DNA of 64,000 nucleotides from an uncultured Acidobacteriaceae bacterium (GTDB taxonomy: Bacteria > Acidobacteriota > Terriglobia > Terriglobales > Acidobacteriaceae), in assembly GCA_963721995.1 (NCBI GenBank), contig CAVRNK010000064.1:6569-70568 (forward strand). The letters run 5' to 3'. A program made the translations under genes and the position numbers. Positions 48,978 to 57,795 of this stretch are shown here, piece after piece; the stretch's first letter is position 1; each line of letters opens with the position of its first letter. The notes under the pieces are model-generated. The model worked only from the letters and a program-made list of their open reading frames with translations, did not search any database and was not told the DNA's origin.

Positions 48978-50318
48978 CTAGTTTTTTGCCGCAGTCTGGT
49001 TTTGCGGTTCGTGTTGGTGGACGGCGTCCCGGAACGCCTGTAGCTCCTTCGGAGTGGCATCGGGAAGGGAGAGAGTAACGCCGTTCATGTCACCAGTGAC
49101 GTGCAGGGGCATGGTGGCAGAGCCGTAGAGGTGCACTGCGGGGCTGTCGTATGCAGACGGCTCCAGTTCGCCGGACGGAGATAGCGCCGACGGATCGATG
49201 TCGAGCGCCATTCCTGTGGACAGCTGATAGTCGCCGTCGGGGACGAAGTGGAAGGTGAATTCGGGATTGCCGGCTGAAGTGTTAGCGGAGCCGACGAAAT
49301 CGTTGCCGTCGTTCGAGAGGAGTCGGACCTCGCCGCGGGAGATGGTGTGACCGTCGTGTGCGGAGACGATGGTGCCGGTGACGGTGTGGTATCGGCTGAT
49401 GGGTATCCGGAAATCTTCGCCGGTGTGCTCGTCGTCGCGAGAAAGGGCGAAGGATTGGGCCTTGTTGAGGCTCAGGGGGCCTCCCGAATAGATGGTGACG
49501 GGGTTGTAGCCGGCATCATCGTTGGATCCGCTGGAGGAGCGGCCGCCGCTGGAGTTAGTCCGCGTGATGACTTTCATCTGGGTGAGTTGCATGCGAACTA
49601 CATACTTGCCTGCTGGCAGGCCGCTGAAGCGGTAGTCGCCGCGATCGTCGGTCTTGATTTGGACGAATGGGGAATTTGGTATTACGGGTCTGATTTCGGA
49701 CCAGGTCTGCTTTCCGTCGCGAAGCATTTGCGAGAGAAGAGTAACCTCGAGTCCGGCGGCGGGATTTCCGTCGTCGAAGGTGATGTTGCCGCTGATGGCG
49801 GCGCCGCGCTCGAGGGTGATATCGATGGAGGCGGCGCGGTCGGGCTGGACGGTGATTCGGGGGATAGTGTCGAGGATGGCTTTCGTTGCAGCCTGCTGTT
49901 CAGGATTAAGGGACTGCCATTCTCCGTAAGGGGAGCGGCCTTGGGCGAGGCCGAGTGAAAGATAGGGCGAGATGTATCCGGAATACTCGCCGATGACGTA
50001 GTAGGTCCCCGGCTTGATGTCTTCGAAGGAAAAGCTGCCGTCGAGGCGCGTCTGGACGCCGATGCTTTCGACGTCATCGGTTGTGCTGTTGCTAAAGCCG
50101 CCGCGACGGGGCGGGGTGTCGGCCTCGAGGGAGGCGACGGTCTGCAGGTTGACGGTTGCTCTGCGGGCGGGGCCCCTGGTGTCGCTGAGGTACACGTGGC
50201 CGGTCACGGTGCCTGGTTTCTCAGCGGCGTCTGGTGGTTTGGCGGAGGGGTTTTGCTGGGCGACGGCGGTGAAGGCAGACAGAAAGATGGCAAACAGCCA
50301 GCGATGATCTGAGCGCAT
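48978..50318 (-). CDS. Secreted carboxypeptidase-regulatory-like repeat protein
   Basis: Signal peptide; DGSFSF..IKPGTY, TDDRGDYRFSGLPAGKY and VPDGDY repeats. Confidence 0.82.
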   Translation of the reverse strand: MRSDHRWLFAIFLSAFTAVAQQNPSAKPPDAAEKPGTVTGHVYLSDTRGPARRATVNLQTVASLEADTPPRRGGFSNSTTDDVESIGVQTRLDGSFSFEDIKPGTYYVIGEYSGYISPYLSLGLAQGRSPYGEWQSLNPEQQAATKAILDTIPRITVQPDRAASIDITLERGAAISGNITFDDGNPAAGLEVTLLSQMLRDGKQTWSEIRPVIPNSPFVQIKTDDRGDYRFSGLPAGKYVVRMQLTQMKVITRTNSSGGRSSSGSNDDAGYNPVTIYSGGPLSLNKAQSFALSRDDEHTGEDFRIPISRYHTVTGTIVSAHDGHTISRGEVRLLSNDGNDFVGSANTSAGNPEFTFHFVPDGDYQLSTGMALDIDPSALSPSGELEPSAYDSPAVHLYGSATMPLHVTGDMNGVTLSLPDATPKELQAFRDAVHQHEPQNQTAAKN

Positions 50319-50555
50319 GGTCTTGGCGACCTCGGCGGGAGTATAGCGCCTCGGACTCTGGCTGCGGAGTATTTTTCTCGGGCCTTCAGCACCCGCCTGT
50401 CTATATCGACAGGTTTCATTTGCCGTTGTGAGGTGTACACTCGTTCAACTTTGGGAAATCTACTTTCAGGTGGGGAGTTTCCAGAGACCGACTCAGCGGG
50501 CATCGCCGAGAGCGAAATTCGGCCCAAGAGCGCATTCATTGGAGAAGGAAAAGCG

Positions 50556-51185
50556 ATGCCATACAACAATTCGATATTGACGTCCCGCAGATTCCGCTAC
50601 AAGAGCCTTCTGCTCGCTACTCTGCTGACCGCGGTCACCCTGGCTTCCGCACAGGAACAGGGGCCGGACAAAAACGCAACCGAGACGATTGATGCCACCG
50701 CGATGGGTACAAGCACGCAGTTGGGGAAGACTGTCGGCGTAAAAATCATCATTAGCCGATACACCACGGAGGAAGAGAGACAAGCCTTCATTGCCGCGTT
50801 CAAGAAGGGGCAGAACCAGGGCCTCGTGGACGCGCTCAGCAAGGCGAAGTCTGTTGGCCGCATCGCCATTACCGGGACACTGGGCACCGACCTTACTTAT
50901 GTCAGGGTGGTTCCTACGCCCACCGGGCGCAGGATTCGCTTCGCCACCGACCGCCCGATCAGAATCGGTGAGGCTTATAACAACGGTCCGAGCACGGCCT
51001 TCAACCTGACTGCCGGCGAGATCGACATCAATGATTCGGATAAGAAAAAGAGCGGCGGGGTTCTCTATCCTGCCTCTCAGCTGATTATCAACAAAAAGGG
51101 CGAGCTGCAGTTCGAGCTTCGCAGGAACCCGTGGAATCTGGTGAACATTATCGACTGGAACAAGGCAGGCAGCGCGGCGCAGTGA
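50556..51185 (+). CDS. Secreted hypothetical protein
   Basis: RBS gaagga, signal peptide ..TLASAQ; GRRIRFATDRPI. Confidence 0.75.
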   Translation: MPYNNSILTSRRFRYKSLLLATLLTAVTLASAQEQGPDKNATETIDATAMGTSTQLGKTVGVKIIISRYTTEEERQAFIAAFKKGQNQGLVDALSKAKSVGRIAITGTLGTDLTYVRVVPTPTGRRIRFATDRPIRIGEAYNNGPSTAFNLTAGEIDINDSDKKKSGGVLYPASQLIINKKGELQFELRRNPWNLVNIIDWNKAGSAAQ

Positions 51186-51188
51186 ACT

Positions 51189-51212
51189 GAAAGGAGGCTT
51201 GCGCCTCCTTTC
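51189..51212. terminator. Hairpin between convergent genes
   Basis: gaaaggaggc-ttgc-gcctcctttc, perfect 10-bp stem. Confidence 0.6.
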
Positions 51213-51259
51213 GCCCAGTTGATTCCAGAAGGTTGATCCTTCCGGCGGTACCGGCGTTA

Positions 51260-51862
51260 CTACTGCTTAAAAGCCAGCGGTGGCCCGCTGACGCGAGTCG
51301 CCGTGAGGTCGACATCCACCTCGACGCGGTCGGCGATCTTGATGAAGGGAATGCCACTGTTCATCCCGTAGTCCTTGCGGTCAAAGGCCATGATGCCTTT
51401 AATCTCGCCGTGGCCTGATCCCTTTACGCCGGAAACCGTCAGTGTCAACTTCTCTGGTTTAGTCACTCCGCGTATTGTGAAGTCTCCATCAATTTCAAAG
51501 GTGGTTGGACCGGTCTGGACGGTCTTCGTCGACTTGAACGTGATATACGGATTATTCTCGGCGTCGAAGAAATCTTTGCTCTTCAGCTTGCCGTCCTTCA
51601 TGCCGCTTCCGGTATCGACACTGTCCGCATAAGCCTTGATGTCCAGAACGCCTGTCGTGACATCCGGCGATGTATACGTAAGCGTCGCATCCCACTTGTC
51701 AAATTTACCGGCGATTGCGACCGAGGCTTTCACATTGAAACCGATCGAGCTTTTTGCCTTATCGAATTTGAAGACAGGGACTCCTGCAGCAGCCTGCGCC
51801 GATGCAATAGACGTGAAGACGAACAGCGTAGTGACGACTGCAAACCAACTAACTTTCTTCAT
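51260..51862 (-). CDS. YceI family protein
   Basis: Signal peptide; SVDTG..D.KLKSKDFFD...P.ITFKS, GDFTIRGVTK and DRKDYG. Confidence 0.9.
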   Translation of the reverse strand: MKKVSWFAVVTTLFVFTSIASAQAAAGVPVFKFDKAKSSIGFNVKASVAIAGKFDKWDATLTYTSPDVTTGVLDIKAYADSVDTGSGMKDGKLKSKDFFDAENNPYITFKSTKTVQTGPTTFEIDGDFTIRGVTKPEKLTLTVSGVKGSGHGEIKGIMAFDRKDYGMNSGIPFIKIADRVEVDVDLTATRVSGPPLAFKQ

Positions 51863-52266
51863 GGTTTTCTCCGTAACAGAATCTGCTGCAGTTTCAGGGT
51901 CCTGCCCGGCTCGAGTCTCCGGGCCACGATAGCAACCGCTGCAGCGGTTAGCTGGCTGTGTTCTGTTGAGCGAGTATACGCAACCATCCCCATAAGGGCA
52001 CCTGTCCGTTTAGACAGTGTCAGGCGCGCCGTCCCGTGCCATCGATGATCTGGCTGCATCGTGGTGGCGGCCTCGGTGCGAGTATAGCTCCGGACAGTTC
52101 GGCGTGGTCCTCAAATCGACGCGACGGGGCAAAATCGACCACTCACGATTTCCCACACATTCGGAAGATTAGTTGTCCAATTCGGGGATGCTGGAACGAC
52201 TAACTAGTGAACGAGGCCAACGCCTGATTCAATGATCGAGGCAATCAGCCGCTGAGGAGAGAGCAA

Positions 52267-52641
52267 ATGAAATATCTGTGTCTGGTTTTTTTCGATGAGA
52301 AGAAGCACACCGCTATGACCGAGCAGGAGCATCGGCAACTGACGGACGAGGCCCTGGAGTATGACGATGTGTTGCGCAGGGGCGGGCACTTCATCACTGC
52401 AAACGCGCTGCAGCCGGTCAGCTCGGCGAGCACGGTGAGGGTGCGGAACGGCAAGGTGTCGGTCACGGATGGGCCGTTCGCGGAGACGCACGAGCAGATC
52501 GGGGGATTCATCCTGATCGAGGCGAAGGACCTGAATGAGGCAATTCAGCTGGCGTCGGGGATTCCTCCGATACGGCTGGGCGGCATTGAGGTGCGGCCGA
52601 TTATGGAGCTCGCGCACAGCAGTCAGAAGCCGACGGGATGA
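52267..52641 (+). CDS. YciI/DGPF domain protein
   Basis: VTDGPFAETHEQIGGF, IEVRPI. Confidence 0.92.
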   Translation: MKYLCLVFFDEKKHTAMTEQEHRQLTDEALEYDDVLRRGGHFITANALQPVSSASTVRVRNGKVSVTDGPFAETHEQIGGFILIEAKDLNEAIQLASGIPPIRLGGIEVRPIMELAHSSQKPTG

Positions 52642-52704
52642 TAACCACGAGGGATTGAAGTCACGAACAGCGGCCGCAGTGAGAGGCGGCGAAGGAGGAG
52701 TGAG

Positions 52705-52905
52705 ATGTGCCCGGTATGCATGGTAACGGCGACAGCGATGATCGTTTCCGGCCTGACCTCGGCGGGAGGGTTGAGCACGGTAGCGCTGACGAAGCCGTGG
52801 ATGCGGTCTACGGCAAAGAAATCGGCGCAACCAGCTGAGAGCGCGAGCGGGCGGAAGGGGCTCGGGAAAACGAGAGAATTCAAGACAGAGGAGACAGGAA
52901 AATGA
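52705..52905 (+). CDS. Small hypothetical protein with N-terminal CPxC
   Basis: RBS aaggagg; MCPVC then a hydrophobic stretch; stop overlaps next start. Confidence 0.6.
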   Translation: MCPVCMVTATAMIVSGLTSAGGLSTVALTKPWMRSTAKKSAQPAESASGRKGLGKTREFKTEETGK

Positions 52906-53690
52906 CCACCGAAACATTGCAGGACGCCAAAGTGGTTTCACGCGAAGAGTGGCTCGCCGCCAGAGTGGACTTGCTGGCTCGGGAGAAGGAGCTTACGCGA
53001 AAGCGGGATGCGGTGAGCGCGGCGCGCCGCGCACTGCCGTGGGTGAAGGTGGAGAAGGAGTATGTCTTTGACACTCTGCAGGGGAAGAAGACGCTGGCGG
53101 AGCTTTTCGATGGGCGGAGCCAGCTGATTGTGTACCACTTCATGTGGAGGCGCGACCTGGGCAACGGGTGCACCGGCTGTTCGTTCCTGGCGGACCATCT
53201 TGATGGGGCCAATCTGCACCTGGTGCACCACGACGTGAGTTTGGTGGTCGTCTCGCGCGCTCCCCTGGCGGTGCTCGACGCGTACAAACAGCGCATGGGC
53301 TGGCGTTTTCCGTGGGTGTCGTCGGAGGACAGCGATTTCAACTTCGACTATCACGTGTCGTTCACGTCGGAGGAACTGGCGAGCGGCGAAGTCTATTACA
53401 ACTTCGGGATGACGACGGCGTCGATTGATGAGCTGCCGGGAATCAGCGTTTTCTATAAGTCGCCGGAGGGCGAGATCTTCCACACCTACTCGAGCTACGG
53501 GCGCGGCAACGAAGAGGTGCTGGGTGCGTACATGTATCTCGACCTGACGCCGTTGGGACGGAATGAGGGCGAACGCGGAAATATGGGCAGCTGGGTGCGG
53601 CCGCACGATCAGTATGACGCGGGTGGAACGGTCGATCCGACGGGCGGAGACAGAGCTCCGGCAGCGGCAGCGGAGCGCAAGTGTCATTAA
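52902..53690 (+). CDS. DUF899 thioredoxin-like protein
   Basis: LFDGRSQLIVYHFM, CTGCS, MGWRFPWVSS, HTYSSYGRG and LDLTPLGRNE. Confidence 0.9.
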   Translation: MTTETLQDAKVVSREEWLAARVDLLAREKELTRKRDAVSAARRALPWVKVEKEYVFDTLQGKKTLAELFDGRSQLIVYHFMWRRDLGNGCTGCSFLADHLDGANLHLVHHDVSLVVVSRAPLAVLDAYKQRMGWRFPWVSSEDSDFNFDYHVSFTSEELASGEVYYNFGMTTASIDELPGISVFYKSPEGEIFHTYSSYGRGNEEVLGAYMYLDLTPLGRNEGERGNMGSWVRPHDQYDAGGTVDPTGGDRAPAAAAERKCH

Positions 53691-53692
53691 AG

Positions 53693-53729
53693 CACCCCAC
53701 GGACGAAGACCTGTCCGTGGGGACCCCGG
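53693..53729. repeat. REP-like hairpin
   Basis: ccccacggac-gaagacct-gtccgtgggg, 10-bp stem followed by accccgg. Confidence 0.6.
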
Positions 53730-53811
53730 GTCTGTTGGTCGCGTTGACTTTGCGCCGGCGGTTCCCCTTACACATGTTCCGGAAAGGCGATCAAGCCTAG
53801 ACTGAGGGCGT

Positions 53812-55071
53812 ATGCATGAGACCTCGTCCGAACACGCTCGCGACGCGCTGGAAGCGGTTTATCGCAACGAGTCGCGACGTGTGCTGGCGACGCTGATTCG
53901 GCTGGTGGGGGACTTTGACCTGGCGGAAGAGGCGCTGCACGAGGCGGTAATGGCAGCGATGGAGCAATGGCCGCGAGAGGGTGTTCCGGCGAACCCGCGG
54001 GCGTGGCTGGTGTCGACGGGGCGGTTCAAGGCGATTGACCGGCTGCGGCGGCGGGCACGCTTCGATGCATCGCTGGAGGACGAGGCGGACAAGCTGCAAA
54101 CACAGGCGTCGGATCCGGCGCAGTGGGATGAGAGGCACCTCGAAGATGATCGGCTGCGGCTGATCTTTACCTGCTGCCATCCGGCGTTGCCGAAGGAAGC
54201 GCAGATCGCGTTGACGCTGCGCGAGGTGTGCGGGCTGACGACGGAAGAGATTGCCCGGGTGTTTCTGACTACGGCGCCGACGATTGCCAAGCGAATCGTA
54301 CGGGCAAAGGCGAAGATCCGCGAGGCGGGGATTCCGTATGAGGTGCCGGCACGCGGTGAGCTGCCGGAGCGGCTGGATTCGGTGCTGCAGGTGGTGTACC
54401 TGATTTTTACGGAGGGTTATTCGGCCTCGTCGGGAGCGTCGGTAACGCGGGCGGATCTGGCGCAGGAAGCGATCAGGCTGGGGCGGCTGCTGCTGGATTT
54501 GCTGCAGGAATCTGAGGTAATGGGGCTGCTGGCGCTGATGCTTCTGCAGGATTCAAGACGGGCGGCGCGGAGTTCGGCGGAGGGGGAAGTGATTCTGCTG
54601 GAGGATCAGGATCGCTCGCTGTGGGACCGGGAGGTTATCGAGGAAGGTGGGGCACTGGTCGCGCGGGCGCTGGCGTCGCGCAGGTTCGGGCCGTATACGC
54701 TTCAGGCGGCGATTGCGGCGGTGCATGCCGAAGCGCGCGAAGCGTCGGCGACGGACTGGGCGCAGATTGTGGGGATCTACGATGTGCTGCTGCGGGCAAA
54801 TCCTTCGTCGGTGGTGGAGTTGAACCGGGCTATCGCGGTTGCGATGCGCGATGGCCCGGCGGAGGGCCTGGCGCTGGTTGAGGGGATTCTGGAGCGGGGC
54901 GAGCTGGAAGACTACTATCTTGCACATTCGGCGAGGGCTGACCTGTACAGGCGCCTGGGAAAGAGGGAAGAGGCGACTGATGCGTATCGGAGGGCGCTGG
55001 GGCTGGCACGGCAGGAGCCAGCACGGCGATTTCTGGAGAAGAGGCTGGGGGAGCTTGATCAGAATCAGTAA
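53812..55071 (+). CDS. ECF sigma factor with TPR-like C-terminal extension (ECF42-type)
   Basis: DLAEEA, PRAWL, DDRLRLIFTCCHP and TDW.QI..Y; DGPF gene upstream. Confidence 0.9.
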   Translation: MHETSSEHARDALEAVYRNESRRVLATLIRLVGDFDLAEEALHEAVMAAMEQWPREGVPANPRAWLVSTGRFKAIDRLRRRARFDASLEDEADKLQTQASDPAQWDERHLEDDRLRLIFTCCHPALPKEAQIALTLREVCGLTTEEIARVFLTTAPTIAKRIVRAKAKIREAGIPYEVPARGELPERLDSVLQVVYLIFTEGYSASSGASVTRADLAQEAIRLGRLLLDLLQESEVMGLLALMLLQDSRRAARSSAEGEVILLEDQDRSLWDREVIEEGGALVARALASRRFGPYTLQAAIAAVHAEAREASATDWAQIVGIYDVLLRANPSSVVELNRAIAVAMRDGPAEGLALVEGILERGELEDYYLAHSARADLYRRLGKREEATDAYRRALGLARQEPARRFLEKRLGELDQNQ

Positions 55072-55209
55072 GGTGCCTGATTCGGCGAGAGATGCGTAGT
55101 TAATGGGTGAAAGACAGGCGCAATTTATTTGTAACCCGTTATGTGACAAATAAAAGAATTTTGTAATTTCCACTTGATATTGATTCGTGACCTGTGGCAA
55201 TGTATCTGA

Positions 55210-55340
55210 AGCAGAGGAGCCAATGATGCCGACCATCCTACAATCCGGTCACCAGATGCGGTCCACAAACGATCGTGGCGTCAGTTCGCTCTGGCTTCTG
55301 CCAACATCCGCCAAGTCATAAGGGCGGTAGTTCCTCTGCT
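55210..55340 (+). ncRNA. Candidate structured RNA heading the Y RNA array
   Basis: Ends pair (agcagaggagc / gttcctctgct); internal stems tgatgcc/ggcgtca, gacc/ggtc and ccgcc/ggcgg. Confidence 0.4.
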
Positions 55341-55375
55341 GAATCCAGACAACCGATCGTAAAGCTGCAGTAACC

Positions 55376-55460
55376 GCTGTAATAGCGAGTGGTGAAGCGC
55401 GCGGATACTTCGTCTTGACACGGCTCACGCCGCGTGGCGACCGTTCCCTTGCGTTACAGC
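55376..55460 (+). ncRNA. Y RNA-like unit 1 (minimal)
   Basis: Terminal stem gctgtaat/gttacagc plus gcgag-t-gg/cc-cttgc; inner stem cgcgcgg/ccgcgtg; GGATACTTC motif. Confidence 0.65.
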
Positions 55461-55466
55461 ATTTAT

Positions 55467-55589
55467 GCGCCAGTGGCGCAGTGTGCGGATACTTCTGTCG
55501 GTAAGCCTTTCAGGCGAGGCGGTTCGAATCCGCATGCTGTCTTGGTTTCACCGAGGCGGCATAGGCCGCGCACGATTTTTCCCTGGCGC
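55467..55589 (+). ncRNA. Y RNA-like unit 2 (with T-arm)
   Basis: gcgccag-t-gg/cc-ctggcgc; gtgtgcgg/ccgcgcac; GGATACTTC; T-arm gcgg-TTCGAAT-ccgc plus a long hairpin. Confidence 0.75.
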
Positions 55590-55639
55590 GAAAGAAACAG
55601 GGATCAGGGAACAGGGAGTAGAACCTGGTCTCTGGACCT

Positions 55640-55757
55640 AATCTCCGGTGGCGAGGGTTCGGGATACTTCCTGCCAAGAAGGCGGACAAGGATGCCGCCA
55701 GCCCGCTGGGCAATTGGGCCCAGCGGGTCAACCCGGGCCGATGAATCCCCGGAGATT
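55640..55757 (+). ncRNA. Y RNA-like unit 3
   Basis: aatctccgg-t-gg/cc-ccggagatt; ggttcggg/cccgggcc; GGATACTTC; two internal hairpins without tRNA loop consensus. Confidence 0.7.
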
Positions 55758-55771
55758 TCTGAATTTGTAAC

Positions 55772-55906
55772 TGCGCCGGTGGCGTGTGAACGTGTTACTT
55801 CGACGGACCGAAAGAAGCGGGTTCGACTCCTGCATTCGCGGCAACGCGGATTAGTTCAGTGGCAGAACGTTCGGCATATACCTGTTCCGGTTTATTCCCC
55901 GGTGCA
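55772..55906 (+). ncRNA. yrlA: YrlA-type Y RNA (permuted tRNA mimic), unit 4
   Basis: tgcgccgg-t-gg/cc-ccggtgca; GTTACTTC; T-arm gcggg-TTCGACT-cctgc, closed acceptor-like stem ttcgcg-gcaa-cgcgga, then D-arm ta-gttc-agtggca-gaac; next to Ro60. Confidence 0.85.
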
Positions 55907-55967
55907 CAACCTCAACTGCTCGCGGCGGAAGCTCGCTGCGTGCCTCAACCGTGCAAGGAAACACGTC

Positions 55968-56279
55968 ATGGCCATTCGTATCGTTCGCAGTGCAATGGTA
56001 GCCGGGCAAGAGTCGCTCTGCCGCAGCTGCCGTTACGCGAGCATTCAGACTGGCTACTCGGCGAAGGAAGAGGAGATTCGTTGCTGCTATCTCCGCGAGG
56101 TGCGCCTGGTTTCGTTCCCGGTGGCGGCGTGCACCGATTATCTGAGCAAGGAGACTCCTACTGTCTTCGAGCTCGAGAAGATTGCTTTCATTATCGATCT
56201 CAACAAGTTCGTTGAATCGAAGATCGAGGGCTTCGGCAGTGCGGTTCTGGCTGGAGAGGCGGATACCGACGATGAGTAG
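55968..56279 (+). CDS. Small Cys-rich hypothetical protein (103 aa)
   Basis: RBS aaggaa + ATG; CRSC...CC...C; acidic C-terminus; between Y RNAs and Ro60. Confidence 0.7.
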   Translation: MAIRIVRSAMVAGQESLCRSCRYASIQTGYSAKEEEIRCCYLREVRLVSFPVAACTDYLSKETPTVFELEKIAFIIDLNKFVESKIEGFGSAVLAGEADTDDE

Positions 56280-56364
56280 CCATCAAAGTTGACTTTGTCC
56301 CGGTCCTAACAGGATGCCGACCGGAAGCAGAGCTGAAATAACCGGGCATCTGAAGGGAGGCGTG

Positions 56365-57699
56365 ATGGCGCGACTGAATTTATTGAATATCAGCCAGCTT
56401 GGATTTGCCGGCGCAGCGCTGCGCACTCATGAGGGTGCGCCCGCTGCTCCGATTAGCGCCGAAGCGCAGTTGCGGCGCGCTGTGCTGGCGTGTCTGTTGT
56501 GGGAGGACCAGTTCTACGAAGACGGCTTGACGATTGCCGACCGTATCGTGAGGCTGGTCCCCCGCGTGGAGGCTGCGAAGGTGGCTGCGCTGGCGATTGA
56601 GGCGCGCGAGCAGATGAAACTGCGGCACGCGTCGCTGTTGCTGGTGCGTGAGGCTGCGCGGTATCCAACACATCGTGGTGTTGTTGCCGAGACGCTGGCG
56701 CGTGTGATCCAGCGTGCGGACGAGCTTGCGGAGTTCCTTGCGATTTATTGGAAGGATGGCCGCCAGCCGCTGTCGGCGCAGGTGAAGAAGGGGCTTGCGG
56801 TTGCGTTCAGCAAGTTCGACGCATATGCGCTGGCGAAGTATAACCGGGACGGTGTGGTGAAGCTGCGCGACGTGTTGTTCCTGACGCACGCCAAGCCGAT
56901 CACCGCTGAGCAGGCGCTGACGTGGCGTCAGCTTATCGACGGGACGCTGCCTTCTGCGGAGACGTGGGAGGTGCGACTGTCACGCGGCGAGCAGCAGCGC
57001 GAGGTGTGGGAGTCGCTGCTGATCGAGAACCGACTGGGAGCGCTGGCGCTGCTCCGCAACCTGCGGAACATGCAGGAGGCAGGAGTAGAGCCGGAGCTGG
57101 TGCGGCACGGGCTGGAGGCGATCCGCGTCGACCGTGTGCTGCCGTTTCGCTTCATCGCGGCGGCGCGGTATGCCCCGCAGTGGGAGCCGTGGATCGAGCG
57201 GGCGATGTTCCTGAGCCTGCACGGTCAGGCGCCTTTGCCGGGACGCACGGTGCTGCTAGTCGATGTGTCGGGCAGCATGGATGCTCCGCTCTCGGGACGG
57301 TCGCAGATGTGGCGCATGGACGCGGCTGCGGGTCTCGCGGTGCTGTTGCGCGAGATCGCGGAGGAGGTGAGCGTCTACACCTTTTCTGAGTGGCTGGCGC
57401 GAGTTCCGGCGCGGCGTGGCTTTGCATTGCGCGATGCGATTGTGCAGAGCCAGCCACACAGCGGAACTTATCTCGGAAGGGCGCTCGACGAGTTGCGTGA
57501 GTCGTACGACAGGCTCGTCGTAATTACGGACGAGCAGTCGCACGATCGTGTGCCGGCGCCGCGCGGGCGTGGCTACGTGGTGAACGTGGCCAGCTACCGC
57601 AACGGTGTCGGTTATGGCGCATGGACGCATATCGATGGCTGGAGCGAAGCCGTCGTTGAATACATCCGCTCGGCGGAAGAGGTATACCCAATCGCATGA
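56365..57699 (+). CDS. rsr: Ro60/TROVE-domain RNA-binding protein with vWA domain (Rsr)
   Basis: LWEDQFYEDG, FDAYALAKYNR, KLRDVLFLTH, TWE, ALLRNLRN and LPFRF; vWA MIDAS DVSGSM..GT..ITDEQ; RBS gggagg. Confidence 0.93.
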   Translation: MARLNLLNISQLGFAGAALRTHEGAPAAPISAEAQLRRAVLACLLWEDQFYEDGLTIADRIVRLVPRVEAAKVAALAIEAREQMKLRHASLLLVREAARYPTHRGVVAETLARVIQRADELAEFLAIYWKDGRQPLSAQVKKGLAVAFSKFDAYALAKYNRDGVVKLRDVLFLTHAKPITAEQALTWRQLIDGTLPSAETWEVRLSRGEQQREVWESLLIENRLGALALLRNLRNMQEAGVEPELVRHGLEAIRVDRVLPFRFIAAARYAPQWEPWIERAMFLSLHGQAPLPGRTVLLVDVSGSMDAPLSGRSQMWRMDAAAGLAVLLREIAEEVSVYTFSEWLARVPARRGFALRDAIVQSQPHSGTYLGRALDELRESYDRLVVITDEQSHDRVPAPRGRGYVVNVASYRNGVGYGAWTHIDGWSEAVVEYIRSAEEVYPIA

Positions 57700-57720
57700 G
57701 CGGATGGAGTTGTAAATTGA

Positions 57721-57748
57721 AGGGCGGGCGACGAGCCCGCTCTTTTTT
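57721..57748 (+). terminator. Rho-independent terminator closing the Y RNA-Ro60 unit
   Basis: agggcgggc-gacga-gcccgctct followed by a T run. Confidence 0.8.
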
Positions 57749-57795
57749 GTCTTGTGTATGATTCGGAGACGTGAATCGAAATGTACGAGGATGAG

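Noticed and set aside
55195..55210. Sigma54 promoter for the Y RNA-rsr unit (as in Salmonella)
   Set aside because: TGGCA is present but the -12 position reads CTGA, lacking the required GC; no RtcR-like activator in the window.
55596..55616. Heptamer repeats (aacaggg/atcaggg) between Y RNA units 2 and 3, and tggctaa x2 before glyS
   Set aside because: Only 2-3 copies; treated as spacer filler with no evidence of function.
55376..55906. Repeated GTGG..TACTTC motif as a CRISPR array or tRNA cluster
   Set aside because: Repeats are short, non-identical and irregularly spaced; no cas genes; tRNA arms are permuted with no CCA. Better explained as Y RNAs.
55434..55967. N-terminal 178 codons of the 281-aa ORF
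   Set aside because: Runs through structured RNAs with Arg/Pro-rich composition; the RBS-supported start is 55968.
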